Shown one piece after another: positions 27,650-36,920 of a stretch of DNA of 64,000 nucleotides (positions are counted from its first letter, which is position 1; each line of letters starts with the position of its first letter). Origin of the DNA: an uncultured Candidatus Micrarchaeota archaeon (GTDB taxonomy: Archaea > Micrarchaeota > Micrarchaeia > Burarchaeales > Fermentimicrarchaeaceae); NCBI GenBank assembly GCA_903884505.1, contig CAISET010000036.1, positions 8,741-72,740 of the forward strand. The letters are read 5' to 3'. The notes beneath the pieces were generated by a model. That model saw nothing but the letters and a program-made list of their open reading frames with translations, made no database searches and was not told where the DNA came from. Position numbers and translations under genes: made by a program.

Positions 27650-30600
27650 CTACTCGCTGCGATAAACATAATATACAGGGTTGCCGTCCCGCTGGTAAAA
27701 TGTCCGTTCCAAGACAAACGTCATATTCCCCCCTTCAGCCAGTTTGGCCATTGTTTCCCTTCTATGCTTGAATTGCGTAAAGTCATCACTATGGAAAAGG
27801 AAGGTCGCGTTTTTCCGGGCCATCAGCGCTTTGGCGCTCTCATTGAACCATGCGTCAGGCTCCGAGGTCCAGCCGAACGCAATCAAGGGCCTTATCCTGC
27901 CATTGCTCAAGTATGCTAAATTGCTGTAGAATCCCCAGTCCATCGCGACCACATCGGATGCATTCCGTTCCAGAAGATACTCATTGAGCCCATATATTGC
28001 GTCTGAGGTTAGGCCTTTGCCGCCATACGTGGCAATGTCACGCAGGTAACCCGTGCTAATGCCAACTTCGGAAAAGAGCAACAGCGCGAACGCGATTATC
28101 ACGATTACCACTATCGCTTTCGGTACAATATCTAGCAGGACTGACGCGAACCGTCCAATCACCAGTGGTATCCATGGGTACAAGATAAGCATGTGGTACG
28201 GCGCAAAGCCGCTCACAGTGAAGCCGCTAAGGAACATGACGATTGCGAGAAGCCAAATCGGCAAAACGTCGGTGAATGTAATCTTCCTCCTGTAAGCCCT
28301 GAAAAGGCAGTAAGCTGCCAAGCCAGCCAAAGCGACCCAGAATGCCTTGACATTCAGGCCATTGAAGTGGACCGTGCCAGCCCCTATCGCAGGCATGCTT
28401 CCCACGAGCACCTGGTTCAATTGGCTTAAGCGGATCCCCTGGTTCCCCACAACATCAAGGTTCTGCACTCCACCGGAACTTTTGAAACTGCCATCTAAAA
28501 TTCCCAGCTTGGCAAGAATTCCCGCGTCGTAGTGCATTACGTTGTAAGCGATGAGCGTTCCTGCCCCCAAAGCAATCAGGAAGACGGCAATTGCCGCCTG
28601 CTTAACCGTTGGCAGCGGCTTCGGTCTGTCTACGAGCAGCCAAAGCGCAATGGCAATCAGGAACCAGGTGAATTGCAGGGCAGCATTCACGCCAAGCCCC
28701 GCCAGGAGCCCGGCAGCGTACAGATACTTCGCATTTTTTGTCTTGCGGTACATCACCACGGCAAGAAACAAGGTGGCTGCAAATAAGTTGGCCTGCCCGT
28801 ATATGCTTACCCGCTCAAGGAAAAGGAATGTGGGCGACACCGCAAGCAGCAACGCCACCAATACGGCGGTTTTGCGGTCCCACGTAATCCGGACGGCGAA
28901 ATACGTTGCATACATTATGAGCAGCGCATAAACCGCATCGGCAAGCCTCAGGGAAAAGCCAGTCGGCCCAAACAGCACGATGAATGGCAATCCCAGGTAT
29001 GCGCTCACCGGGCCGATATAATCCGTGCATTGGAGCAGCATCGGGTGGCCGAACAAATCAACGCTCCAAACAGCATCTATGCTTTGGCCATTCAGCATCT
29101 GGACGGCCGAAGCCAGCATATAAACCTCGTCGCTGTATATGCCTGGGAGATGCGCGTCATAAAGCAGGAACACTGCCATTAGTGCGCTCAGTGCAGCTAA
29201 GAAGCAGAACTCCGCAACTTGCATGTTTTTACTGGGAAGGAACTTCCACGCCCTGTTCAAGTCAAAATTCCCGCGTATCCCGAACTCTCGGGCAATGAAA
29301 TAACCTAAAATCAGCACCAATAAGGTGAAAATTGCACAAGGCAGCACCTGCAGCTGCTGCTTGGTAAAGCCATAGACTAGCGGCACGTCAAGGCGGTATG
29401 GGAGTGGAAACATGCTTTCATCGGATATGAGCCGCGCATGGTAAGCGATGGGCGCGTAGTAAAAGTCATATATCGCTTTGGCCGGCACGAATTCCCCCGG
29501 CTCGCGCAGGGACATTATCCCGCTTGGCATGTTGAACGCGGTGACAATGTTGCCTATCACGCCCAATAGGTTTACGGACAACGTTAACAACAACAGCAAA
29601 ACAAAAATGGCCTTAAACCACGAAGTCTTCCATCTCTTTTCTATTGCTGCACCAAGCGCCAAAATCATGAACGGACTTGCGGGCACCAGGTAGCGCGTCC
29701 CCCATGCTAGCCAACCGTGCCAATCGGTAAACGCAGAAAATACAATCAGCAGGGGCAGGATCCAGGCAAGAAACAGCACCGCCCCTTCCCGTCTCCTGCG
29801 CCACATATCGTATAATCCCACAAGCGAGAGCAAAAGTACCGGCGAATAGATGAAGAGGCCTACTCCGGGGCTGAAAAGAAGGCCGTAAAGCCCGGTCAAA
29901 AGCGGGGTGGCGAACCCGGGGTTCGGTCTCAGGGAGGTGGTGAAAACCGAGCCGACCCGCACGTAGTCGTAGAGCGCGTTTACCGCAATCCATGCCGCGA
30001 ATGGCGCTGCAAAAAATGCTGCGGCAACGAGCTTCTCCCTAAGGCTTCCCCTCCAGGCCCACAGGACATAAAGGCCGAGCGGGAATATGAACATCATGAA
30101 ATCGTACCGCACGAATGCGGCAAGTCCTGCAAAAAATCCGGCGTAGAATAAGTCGCTGTGCTTTTTTGGCCCCCACAGGTAGTACGCGGCCAATGCAATA
30201 AAAAGCGTGACGAGGGGCGCGTTGAATAACGTCTTTGCGTACGGCCAAGCCTGGGTGGCGAACGCGAAAAGCAGGGCCAGGGCAGCCGAAAGCTTTACGG
30301 AGTACTTCATTTTTCTTGCAAAAAAGAACACGACTACGACCGTAAGCGCAGTTATGAGCGGATTAAACATGAAGTCTGTAAACGAAAAATACGTAGCAAA
30401 ATCGGTGAAGTGCGTGAGCTCCGCATTCGGGTTTAGCATTTTTCCCATAATGTAAAATGGGATGAAAAGAAGGCTCTGCCCGAGGCCATACCTCGAATAT
30501 ATTTTTCCTTCCGGGGTGACAAACCATAACCAATTACCTGCCGGATTCGCCCCTTCGAAAACCGGTTTTACTATCTCGAGCGTATGGTACTCGACTATGC

Positions 30601-30718
30601 TCTCAGTTGAAAGGAAGGTTTCCCAAGCGTCGCTGGAGTAGAAATGGCCTCCTGCTGAAAAAACATATACTGTAACTGCCAGCAGGAAAAGCAGTACTGC
30701 CAGCTTTTCTTCGCCCAC
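27650..30718 (-). CDS. Tandem GT-C fold membrane glycosyltransferase (two ArnT/PMT-like modules in one 1022-aa ORF)
   Basis: More than 20 predicted TM segments. Module 2 (from about residue 495) aligns by eye with the whole neighbouring ORF 30764..32383 (IYSDEVYML...TDYIGPVSAYLGLPFI versus LYGDELDKV...TDYIGPVLIYLPMPFI; C-terminal LERTFYQRDGNPVYYVYRSE versus LEKTFYERDGSVAYLLYRAS). Confidence 0.7.
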   Translation of the reverse strand: MGEEKLAVLLFLLAVTVYVFSAGGHFYSSDAWETFLSTESIVEYHTLEIVKPVFEGANPAGNWLWFVTPEGKIYSRYGLGQSLLFIPFYIMGKMLNPNAELTHFTDFATYFSFTDFMFNPLITALTVVVVFFFARKMKYSVKLSAALALLFAFATQAWPYAKTLFNAPLVTLFIALAAYYLWGPKKHSDLFYAGFFAGLAAFVRYDFMMFIFPLGLYVLWAWRGSLREKLVAAAFFAAPFAAWIAVNALYDYVRVGSVFTTSLRPNPGFATPLLTGLYGLLFSPGVGLFIYSPVLLLSLVGLYDMWRRRREGAVLFLAWILPLLIVFSAFTDWHGWLAWGTRYLVPASPFMILALGAAIEKRWKTSWFKAIFVLLLLLTLSVNLLGVIGNIVTAFNMPSGIMSLREPGEFVPAKAIYDFYYAPIAYHARLISDESMFPLPYRLDVPLVYGFTKQQLQVLPCAIFTLLVLILGYFIAREFGIRGNFDLNRAWKFLPSKNMQVAEFCFLAALSALMAVFLLYDAHLPGIYSDEVYMLASAVQMLNGQSIDAVWSVDLFGHPMLLQCTDYIGPVSAYLGLPFIVLFGPTGFSLRLADAVYALLIMYATYFAVRITWDRKTAVLVALLLAVSPTFLFLERVSIYGQANLFAATLFLAVVMYRKTKNAKYLYAAGLLAGLGVNAALQFTWFLIAIALWLLVDRPKPLPTVKQAAIAVFLIALGAGTLIAYNVMHYDAGILAKLGILDGSFKSSGGVQNLDVVGNQGIRLSQLNQVLVGSMPAIGAGTVHFNGLNVKAFWVALAGLAAYCLFRAYRRKITFTDVLPIWLLAIVMFLSGFTVSGFAPYHMLILYPWIPLVIGRFASVLLDIVPKAIVVIVIIAFALLLFSEVGISTGYLRDIATYGGKGLTSDAIYGLNEYLLERNASDVVAMDWGFYSNLAYLSNGRIRPLIAFGWTSEPDAWFNESAKALMARKNATFLFHSDDFTQFKHRRETMAKLAEGGNMTFVLERTFYQRDGNPVYYVYRSE

Positions 30719-30736
30719 GGAGAATTTAAGGCTGCT

Positions 30737-30748
30737 AATAAATATAAT
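30737..30748 (-). promoter_or_regulatory. TATA-like box (minus-strand ATTATATTTATT) for the tandem GT-C gene
   Basis: Lies 20-30 nt upstream of the GTG at 30718. Confidence 0.4.
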
Positions 30749-30763
30749 GCAATCACTCTGGAC

Positions 30764-32383
30764 TCAAGATGCCCTGTAAAGAAGGTAGGCGACGCTGCCG
30801 TCCCGCTCGTAAAACGTCTTCTCCAGCCGCACCGTCCTATTGGATTCATTTACTCCGCGCTCGAAGAACGGGTACAATCCCGTGTTGTACCAGCCGGATG
30901 CATTCCTGTTGAAGAAGATATAAACGTACTTCTGGTCCAACAAGTGCTGCTGCAACTGCTTACTAGCCTGCTCCTCCTGGCCCGGGATGTCCGGCCAGTA
31001 ATGCAGGCTGATGTCCGGAAGGATGCGGCCCCCTGAAAGGAAGTATATCTGGAACAGCATGCCCCAGGCCATCGCAACAGGATGCTCATCAGGATGCTCC
31101 CCAAGGTAATCCACAAGTGCATAGACCTGGGGAGTCATTAAATTCGTGCCGCCAGTTTCAGTGATAGCCCGATGAAAACTTACAACTACGGCCAGCTGGG
31201 AGAATACCAGCACGGCCAGCATGAGAAGCGCAACGAGCTGGAAGCGCCTGTGCACCTGTGCGAGCGCCGCCCCAACCGCCAGCGTTGCGAATGGCCAGAG
31301 CACGATGAGCTGATACGTAATATACCCCACCATAGTGAGGCCGGAAAGCGCAAGAGCCAAAATAGTAATTATCATCGGTGCAGCATCTTGCCTGAAAAAT
31401 TCCTTCTTGTTTTTTGCCACAAGGAAAAGCACCAGCAAAAGCAGGAATGAGAGTTGGAACGCCAGTGGCATCAGCTGGTCAGTGCTTAATCTATCTCTGG
31501 CAACCATGGTTATCTGGAGCGGGTCTATCCCTGCAAGAAGGCCTTTGAAGTTGAAGAGGCTGAGGTCCAATCGGTTCATGACGGTTGCCACTGAAAGGCC
31601 GCTTCCACTTCCTGACCAGCCGATTCGGTTGAAAATTCCCCCAGTCGTCGCCGTCACGAAGATTATGGGGATCCCGGTAAGGACGAAAGCTCCGAAGGCA
31701 ACTGCCAAATGCCGCAATTTAGGCCGTATCCCGTCCAGGAAAAGGAGCGCGAGCAAGCCCATCCCCAGCAGCACCCCGACCGCCTGCATCGCGGTGTTTA
31801 TTGCAATTCCTGCGAACGCAGCGCTCATCCACAAGTCGCGGGGATTGCGGCCCGTGACGAAGCGGGCCAGAAAGAAGAACGTGATGCTCAGGAACATCGT
31901 GACCGGCCCATAGTTATAATAGCCCATCCGCTGGAGGAAGATGAACGTCGGTGAAACTGCCGTGAGGATAATTCCAAACGCCGCAGTCCAAGGGCCAAAC
32001 CATCTTTTTGCCCCGAAGTAGGCGAAGACAATCGTTAGCCATCCGCAGAGGACGGTTGAGATGCGCAGCGCGAATGGAGTATAGCCAAGTAACGCAATGA
32101 ACGGCATCGGGAGGTATATCAGCACCGGCCCTATGTAGTCCGTGTATGCATACGCGATGTCCCTCCCGAATATGTTTATCGTGGCTGCATTGAAGATTTG
32201 CTGGCCCGTGAGCATAGACACAGTGGGCGTGACCTTGTCGAGCTCATCCCCATACAACCCAGGCAGCTCAAGCTGATAAAGGGAAAAGCCAAGGTAAATT
32301 ATGGAAACTGCTATTAGAAATGCGAGGTTCCTGCCCTGCTCAGGTGATACCGAGAGCTTGAGATTTACTGGTATGTGCACCAT
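30764..32383 (-). CDS. GT-C fold membrane glycosyltransferase (ArnT/PMT_2-like)
   Basis: Polytopic protein with an early-loop GDE acidic motif (LYGDELDKV). It is a paralogue of module 2 of the preceding gene. Confidence 0.7.
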   Translation of the reverse strand: MVHIPVNLKLSVSPEQGRNLAFLIAVSIIYLGFSLYQLELPGLYGDELDKVTPTVSMLTGQQIFNAATINIFGRDIAYAYTDYIGPVLIYLPMPFIALLGYTPFALRISTVLCGWLTIVFAYFGAKRWFGPWTAAFGIILTAVSPTFIFLQRMGYYNYGPVTMFLSITFFFLARFVTGRNPRDLWMSAAFAGIAINTAMQAVGVLLGMGLLALLFLDGIRPKLRHLAVAFGAFVLTGIPIIFVTATTGGIFNRIGWSGSGSGLSVATVMNRLDLSLFNFKGLLAGIDPLQITMVARDRLSTDQLMPLAFQLSFLLLLVLFLVAKNKKEFFRQDAAPMIITILALALSGLTMVGYITYQLIVLWPFATLAVGAALAQVHRRFQLVALLMLAVLVFSQLAVVVSFHRAITETGGTNLMTPQVYALVDYLGEHPDEHPVAMAWGMLFQIYFLSGGRILPDISLHYWPDIPGQEEQASKQLQQHLLDQKYVYIFFNRNASGWYNTGLYPFFERGVNESNRTVRLEKTFYERDGSVAYLLYRAS

Positions 32384-32459
32384 TCACTACCCTCAGCTTC
32401 AGAGCCGTGCTCTGTTCTCGACCGCCACCAATTAAAGCATTTCGCAGGCAAATAGCACC

Positions 32460-33119
32460 ATGCGAAAGCTCATCGCAATAATCCCCACGCTTAACGAGCA
32501 AAAGGGGCTCCCATTCGTAATACGCGAGCTTAAGGCTGGTGGCGCGGATGGGGTAGTGGTCGTTGACGGCCATTCCACCGATTCTACCGTGAGGGTTGCA
32601 AAACAGCTCGGTGCAAGCGTAATTTTCCAGAAAGGCCGCGGGAAAGGAATGGCTTTCAGGACTTTTGTCAGGAAATACCCGATACGCAGCGATGATTTTT
32701 ATGTGATGATTGATGGCGACGCATCCTACTCCGGCCATGAAATAAGCAAATTCCGAAGTGCGCTCGAGCGCAGTGACGTGGTGTTCGGGAATCGTGGCAT
32801 ACTCGTACATGACGTCAGAAGCCTTATTCACGTGCTTGGGGGACTGGCAATCTCGCTTTTCGGTTCCCTGCTCTTTTTGCGCTACAATCCGGACATTTGC
32901 AGCGGTTACGTTGGCTTCAGGGGAAACGCATTGAAGAAGTTGGCATTGCGCTCGCGCACTTTCACGCTCGAGGCCAACATATTTGCCGAGTCCGCAAAGA
33001 AGGGGTTGTCCATGTCCCTAGTAAGCGTCTCGTACAGGCGCCGGGAAGGCGTTTCGAAGCTAACGCTTTTTGACGGGCCAAAAATCGTCCTGGCACTGCT
33101 GCGGGAACGCTTCCTATAA
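32460..33119 (+). CDS. Small Dpm1/GtrB-like GT2
   Basis: IAIIPTLNEQ...VVVVDGHSTDST...VMIDGDASY. Divergent from the GT-C gene 30764..32383. Confidence 0.75.
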   Translation: MRKLIAIIPTLNEQKGLPFVIRELKAGGADGVVVVDGHSTDSTVRVAKQLGASVIFQKGRGKGMAFRTFVRKYPIRSDDFYVMIDGDASYSGHEISKFRSALERSDVVFGNRGILVHDVRSLIHVLGGLAISLFGSLLFLRYNPDICSGYVGFRGNALKKLALRSRTFTLEANIFAESAKKGLSMSLVSVSYRRREGVSKLTLFDGPKIVLALLRERFL

Positions 33120-33121
33120 CG

Positions 33122-33679
33122 CTATTTCTTGAACCCAACTGCCATATTGTTCAAGCCAAAGGAAACGGCCCATGCTTTTACGTCCCTAAACCCTGCTGCG
33201 GCCAACAGGCCCTCGATTTCCTCTTTGTTATAATAATGCTTGTGGTCGAAAATCTCCTTCCGGGAGATCACGTGCAGCCACGCAAGAAGTTCCAGAACAG
33301 GCTTCGAAGGAGGGGAAGGGGTCGTAAGGATTATGCGGCCACTGCGCCTCAGCCCGCGCCCGCATTCTCTCAGAAGCGGCGCCGGGTTCTCCAGGTGCTC
33401 TATGATGGCCAGCATGGTAATCGTGCCGAATTCACCATCCGCGATAGGCAGCCGCTTCGTGAAATCCCCGCGCCTCAGTTCCAAATTGCCATCCCGCCCG
33501 TTCTCCACTAGGATGTCTATCCCAACTCCTTTTGAAATTTTCTCCCTGAGCGCCTTGAGCATGACTGGATTCTCGCCGCATCCCACATCGCAAACCGATG
33601 TCCCCTGGGGGACAAGGCGGCTTACTTGGCGCGTGCGCACCCATCTGATAAGCGCGTCAGGCGGCGAGTCGAGATGCAT
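33122..33679 (-). CDS. Class I SAM-dependent methyltransferase
   Basis: VCDVGCGENP (motif I) and ITMLAIIEHLENP...GRIILTTP. Confidence 0.7.
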   Translation of the reverse strand: MHLDSPPDALIRWVRTRQVSRLVPQGTSVCDVGCGENPVMLKALREKISKGVGIDILVENGRDGNLELRRGDFTKRLPIADGEFGTITMLAIIEHLENPAPLLRECGRGLRRSGRIILTTPSPPSKPVLELLAWLHVISRKEIFDHKHYYNKEEIEGLLAAAGFRDVKAWAVSFGLNNMAVGFKK

Positions 33680-33685
33680 ATCCAG

Positions 33686-34366
33686 TCACCAGGCCCCAAG
33701 CCGCATCCCGAGCATCAGGATGAATACCCTGATGCCGTCCGAAATTCCGGTGCCCTTCCCGTTTCCGCCAGGGTAAAGCGTGGCTATCGGCACCTCGCAG
33801 CACCGCAGCCGCCTCCTCCCTGCCTCAAAGATGATCTCCGAGCATACTTCATAGCCATCGGATTTCAGGCGCATCCTTCTGAACGCATCGGAGGTCATCG
33901 CCTTGAATCCCGATTGCGAATCATGGACGCTGGCGCCGGCCAAAAGCTTTGTCGCGAAGGTCAGCCACCAGTTGCCAATCCGCTTGAGCAGCGGCATCCT
34001 CTCGTTGAACCTGCGCGCGGCAAACACGATGTCGTACCCATCCCCAAGCTTTTCAAGAAGCTCCGGAATCTTGGCAGGGGGATGCTGCCCGTCCGCATCA
34101 AGCAGCACAACCCACTCCGCCCCAAGTTCCCCTACTGCCTTCTCAATCCCCTTCCTTGTCGCATGCCCCACGCCCCTATTGCCCGGCAGCCTCAATACCT
34201 CTGCGCCCGCCCTCCTTGCGGCGTAAGAGGTCCGGTCGCTGCTCCCGTCATCCACTACGAGTACTTCATCCACATACTTCCCCGCCTCGCGTACAACCTC
34301 GCCTACCCTCCGCTCCTCATTGTATGCAGGGATGACTGCCACGGTCCTAGCCTTTCCACGCTTCAT
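33686..34366 (-). CDS. Small Dpm1/GtrB-like GT2
   Basis: VAVIPAYNEE...VLVVDDGSSDRT...VLLDADGQH. Start placed at the ATG at 34366, preceded by GGTTGAGGGAT (SD-like). ATG at 34393 is the alternative. Confidence 0.75.
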   Translation of the reverse strand: MKRGKARTVAVIPAYNEERRVGEVVREAGKYVDEVLVVDDGSSDRTSYAARRAGAEVLRLPGNRGVGHATRKGIEKAVGELGAEWVVLLDADGQHPPAKIPELLEKLGDGYDIVFAARRFNERMPLLKRIGNWWLTFATKLLAGASVHDSQSGFKAMTSDAFRRMRLKSDGYEVCSEIIFEAGRRRLRCCEVPIATLYPGGNGKGTGISDGIRVFILMLGMRLGAW

Positions 34367-34380
34367 ATCCCTCAACCAAC
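34277..34380 (-). repeat. Copy 1 of a repeated GT2 5' end/RBS segment (the intact copy)
   Basis: By hand alignment, 84 of 104 nt are identical (ungapped) to 38581-38684. A shared core GCCTTTCCAC-N6/7-TA(T/G)CCCTCAACCAAC also occurs at 36891-36920. Confidence 0.75.
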
Positions 34381-34385
34381 ACCAT

Positions 34386-35057
34386 TCATTCAAACCTGCA
34401 TTTTACAAGCCACTTAAGCGCGATAAATCCGTCCTTCATCCTAATCTTCTTCTCCCCCGTCGGCCGCGCGAAGTAATCTATCGGGATCTCGCGGATGGAG
34501 CGGCCGCTGCGGACGATTTGTGCGGTAATCTCCGGCTCTATCTCGAAATTATCGGCCCTCAGCTTGCGCCAGTCAACGACTCCGCGCCGGAACATCTTGT
34601 ATCCAGTTTCCACGTCGCTTATATCCACGTTATACAGCAGCCTCGTCGCTAGGCTCAATCCCAGATTCCCAATGCGGTTCGTGAGGCTCATCCCATTAAT
34701 CTTTCCCTTGAACCGCGAGCCATAAACCGCATCCGCGCCACTCCGGATTTCCTTAAGCATCTTCGGGATTTCCTCGGGCGGGTATTCAAGGTCCGCGTCC
34801 TGTATCACGATTACGTCCCCAGTCGCCTTTGCCATCGCTTCCCGGATGGCGTGGCCTTTCCCGACGTTCTTCTCAATCCGCATGGGGACGAGCTCCGGGT
34901 TCGAGGCGAACTTTTTGATGATGCGCCCAGTGCCATCAACCGAGCCGTTGTCCACCACTATCACTTCTTTTTTCAGCGGGAGTGCGAGCACTCTTTTCAA
35001 AACCTCGCCAACCATCTTCTCCTCATTATACGCCGGAATGAGAATGCTGAGTTTCAT
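34386..35057 (-). CDS. Small Dpm1/GtrB-like GT2
   Basis: LSILIPAYNEE...VIVVDNGSVDGT...VIQDADLEYPP. Confidence 0.8.
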   Translation of the reverse strand: MKLSILIPAYNEEKMVGEVLKRVLALPLKKEVIVVDNGSVDGTGRIIKKFASNPELVPMRIEKNVGKGHAIREAMAKATGDVIVIQDADLEYPPEEIPKMLKEIRSGADAVYGSRFKGKINGMSLTNRIGNLGLSLATRLLYNVDISDVETGYKMFRRGVVDWRKLRADNFEIEPEITAQIVRSGRSIREIPIDYFARPTGEKKIRMKDGFIALKWLVKCRFE

Positions 35058-36028
35058 CCAATTAACTCCTTAACGTGCGCCCTATACCAGGCAACCGTCT
35101 CACCAATCCCCTTCTCGAGCGGCACTCTCGCCTCCCACCCGAGGAGCCGTTTTGCCTTCGAGCTGTCGAGGCACTGTCTCCCAATCTCGTTCTTCGCCTG
35201 GTTCAGCACGATTGGCTCTGCACTCGAACCGCATGCGCGCATCACCTGCCTGAACAATTCAAGGACGGTTGTCGGCTTGCCGGTCCCGAAGTTGAACGCT
35301 TCCCCGGAAATCCCGTCCCCCGCGGTTTTCTCAGCAAGAGCGAGGTAGCCTGCAACCGCATCGCCAGCATAAATGTAATCGCGCACAAGTTTCCCGTCAC
35401 TCCTTATCACGGGGGTATCGCCGCGGAGGACGGATATTATGGTCCCAGGCACTATCCTGCTCAGGTTCGGGTCCCCGCCCCCGTAGATGTTCGCACACCG
35501 CGTCACAGTCGCCGGCAGCCCGTAGCTCTTCGCGTAGGAGCGGGTCAGGATGTCCGCGCATGCCTTTGACGCATCGTATGGCCCGGCGCCGAGCAGGGGC
35601 ATGTCCTCCGTGTAGGGGAGCCTAGGCTGCTCGCCATATGCCTTGTCGCTGGACGCAACTATCACGCGCTCAATCGACTTCGAATTCCTGCACGCTTCCA
35701 GCAGGTTCCAGGTCCCGGTTATGTTCACCTCAAACGTCCTCGTGGGCGAACGGTTCGCATCAAGGACCAGTGCCTGCGCTGCGAGGTGAAAACAGGTGTC
35801 GAAATCCCCGGAGCGAAGGAACGCGAGGTCTTCTGATTTCGTCAAATCCCCCTCAATTCTCGCCACCTTGCCCGCAATGCCGTGCATTCGGAGGGGCTTC
35901 GCCTCATCTTTCCGCAGGCAAAACGCGGATACTTTTGCGCCCTTCCCCACAAGCTCCTTCGCGAGCCAGGCACCTACAAACCCCCCTGCGCCAGTCACCA
36001 ACACTTTCCTGCCTTCCCAGACTCCCAT
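35054..36028 (-). CDS. rfbG: CDP-glucose 4,6-dehydratase-like SDR
   Basis: WEGRKVLVTGAGGFVGAWL, YDASKACAD (YxxxK) and adjacency to rfbF. 4-nt overlap with the downstream GT2. Confidence 0.75.
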   Translation of the reverse strand: MGVWEGRKVLVTGAGGFVGAWLAKELVGKGAKVSAFCLRKDEAKPLRMHGIAGKVARIEGDLTKSEDLAFLRSGDFDTCFHLAAQALVLDANRSPTRTFEVNITGTWNLLEACRNSKSIERVIVASSDKAYGEQPRLPYTEDMPLLGAGPYDASKACADILTRSYAKSYGLPATVTRCANIYGGGDPNLSRIVPGTIISVLRGDTPVIRSDGKLVRDYIYAGDAVAGYLALAEKTAGDGISGEAFNFGTGKPTTVLELFRQVMRACGSSAEPIVLNQAKNEIGRQCLDSSKAKRLLGWEARVPLEKGIGETVAWYRAHVKELIG

Positions 36029-36029
36029 G

Positions 36030-36749
36030 CTAATGCCTCCAGACTTTCCAGCACCTCTCGTCGGACTGCCAGAGCCACTTCAGATTGGCGTAATCCTTGA
36101 ACGTGTCCATGCAGCGCCAGAACCCGTGGTGCTTGTAAGCGGCAAGCTGCCCCTTTTTTGCAAGCGTCTCAAGCGGCTCGCGCTCGAGCACAATGTTGTC
36201 ATCCAAATAATCGAAAATCCCATTTTTGAAAACGAAGAAGCCGCCGTTTATATACTGCGAGAGCATCGGCTTCTCCCTGAACTTCTTCACCGCGCCGTCT
36301 TTCAGCTCAAGCGCCCCAAACGGGCTCTGCGGCCGCACTGCGACGAGCGTGGCAATCTTCCCCTTCCGCCTGTGGAATGCAAGCAGTTTAGTAATATCAA
36401 CATCTGAAACTCCGTCCGCGTACGTGCAGAAGAATTCATCCCCATCAATGAAGCGTTCGGCCATTTTCACCCTTCCACCAGTGGGCGTGTTCATCCCGGT
36501 GTTGGCAAATTCCACGTCCCACCCGGCCGGGACCGCGCGCTCTATCTCCTGCCTCACGACATCGGCCTTGTGGCCAAGGCAGATTACGTAGCGCTTGAAG
36601 CCGTAGTGCGCGTAAATCCTCATCACGTGCCAGGCGAGCGGTTTTTTCCCAATAGGCAGTACGGGCTTAGGCAGGTTGATGCCATCTGTCATCATCCTAG
36701 TCCCTACTCCGCCTGCTAGGATTACGACTTGCGGGCCATCAGAACTCAT
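36030..36749 (-). CDS. rfbF: Glucose-1-phosphate cytidylyltransferase
   Basis: VVILAGGVGTRM....LPKPVLPIGKKP, C-terminal HHGFWRCMDTFKD...LW. Start trimmed to the ATG at 36749, since a TATA box lies inside the longer ORF. Confidence 0.8.
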   Translation of the reverse strand: MSSDGPQVVILAGGVGTRMMTDGINLPKPVLPIGKKPLAWHVMRIYAHYGFKRYVICLGHKADVVRQEIERAVPAGWDVEFANTGMNTPTGGRVKMAERFIDGDEFFCTYADGVSDVDITKLLAFHRRKGKIATLVAVRPQSPFGALELKDGAVKKFREKPMLSQYINGGFFVFKNGIFDYLDDNIVLEREPLETLAKKGQLAAYKHHGFWRCMDTFKDYANLKWLWQSDERCWKVWRH

Positions 36750-36768
36750 CGGTTGGATTTCACTTCCT

Positions 36769-36780
36769 CGTTTAAAAGCC
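36769..36780 (-). promoter_or_regulatory. TATA-like box (minus-strand GGCTTTTAAACG) for the rfbF-rfbG-GT2-GT2-MTase unit
   Basis: Lies 20-30 nt upstream of the ATG at 36749. Confidence 0.4.
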
Positions 36781-36890
36781 CTTTCCCCTCGCCACGGTGC
36801 TGCAAACCGTTCCAAATCTTTCCAAGAACGATTTCCAACTTCTCCTCAACGGGCCTCTTCCCTTCCTCCCTATCTTCTCTGCAGCATCTG

Positions 36891-36920
36891 GCCTTTCCAC
36901 CGTCCTATCCCTCAACCAAC
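36891..36920 (-). repeat. Copy 3 (short, degraded) of the GT2 5' end/RBS repeat
   Basis: GCCTTTCCACCGTCCTATCCCTCAACCAAC. The position of the ATG in copies 1 and 2 reads ATAG here. It overlaps the stop codon of the GT-C gene 36905..38575. Confidence 0.55.

Noticed and set aside
33626-34417. 263-aa plus-strand ORF, and similar ORFs at 35075..35569 and 35796..36407
   Set aside because: They are antisense to GT2, rfbG and rfbF genes that carry diagnostic motifs. Their composition is typical of GC-rich non-coding frames.
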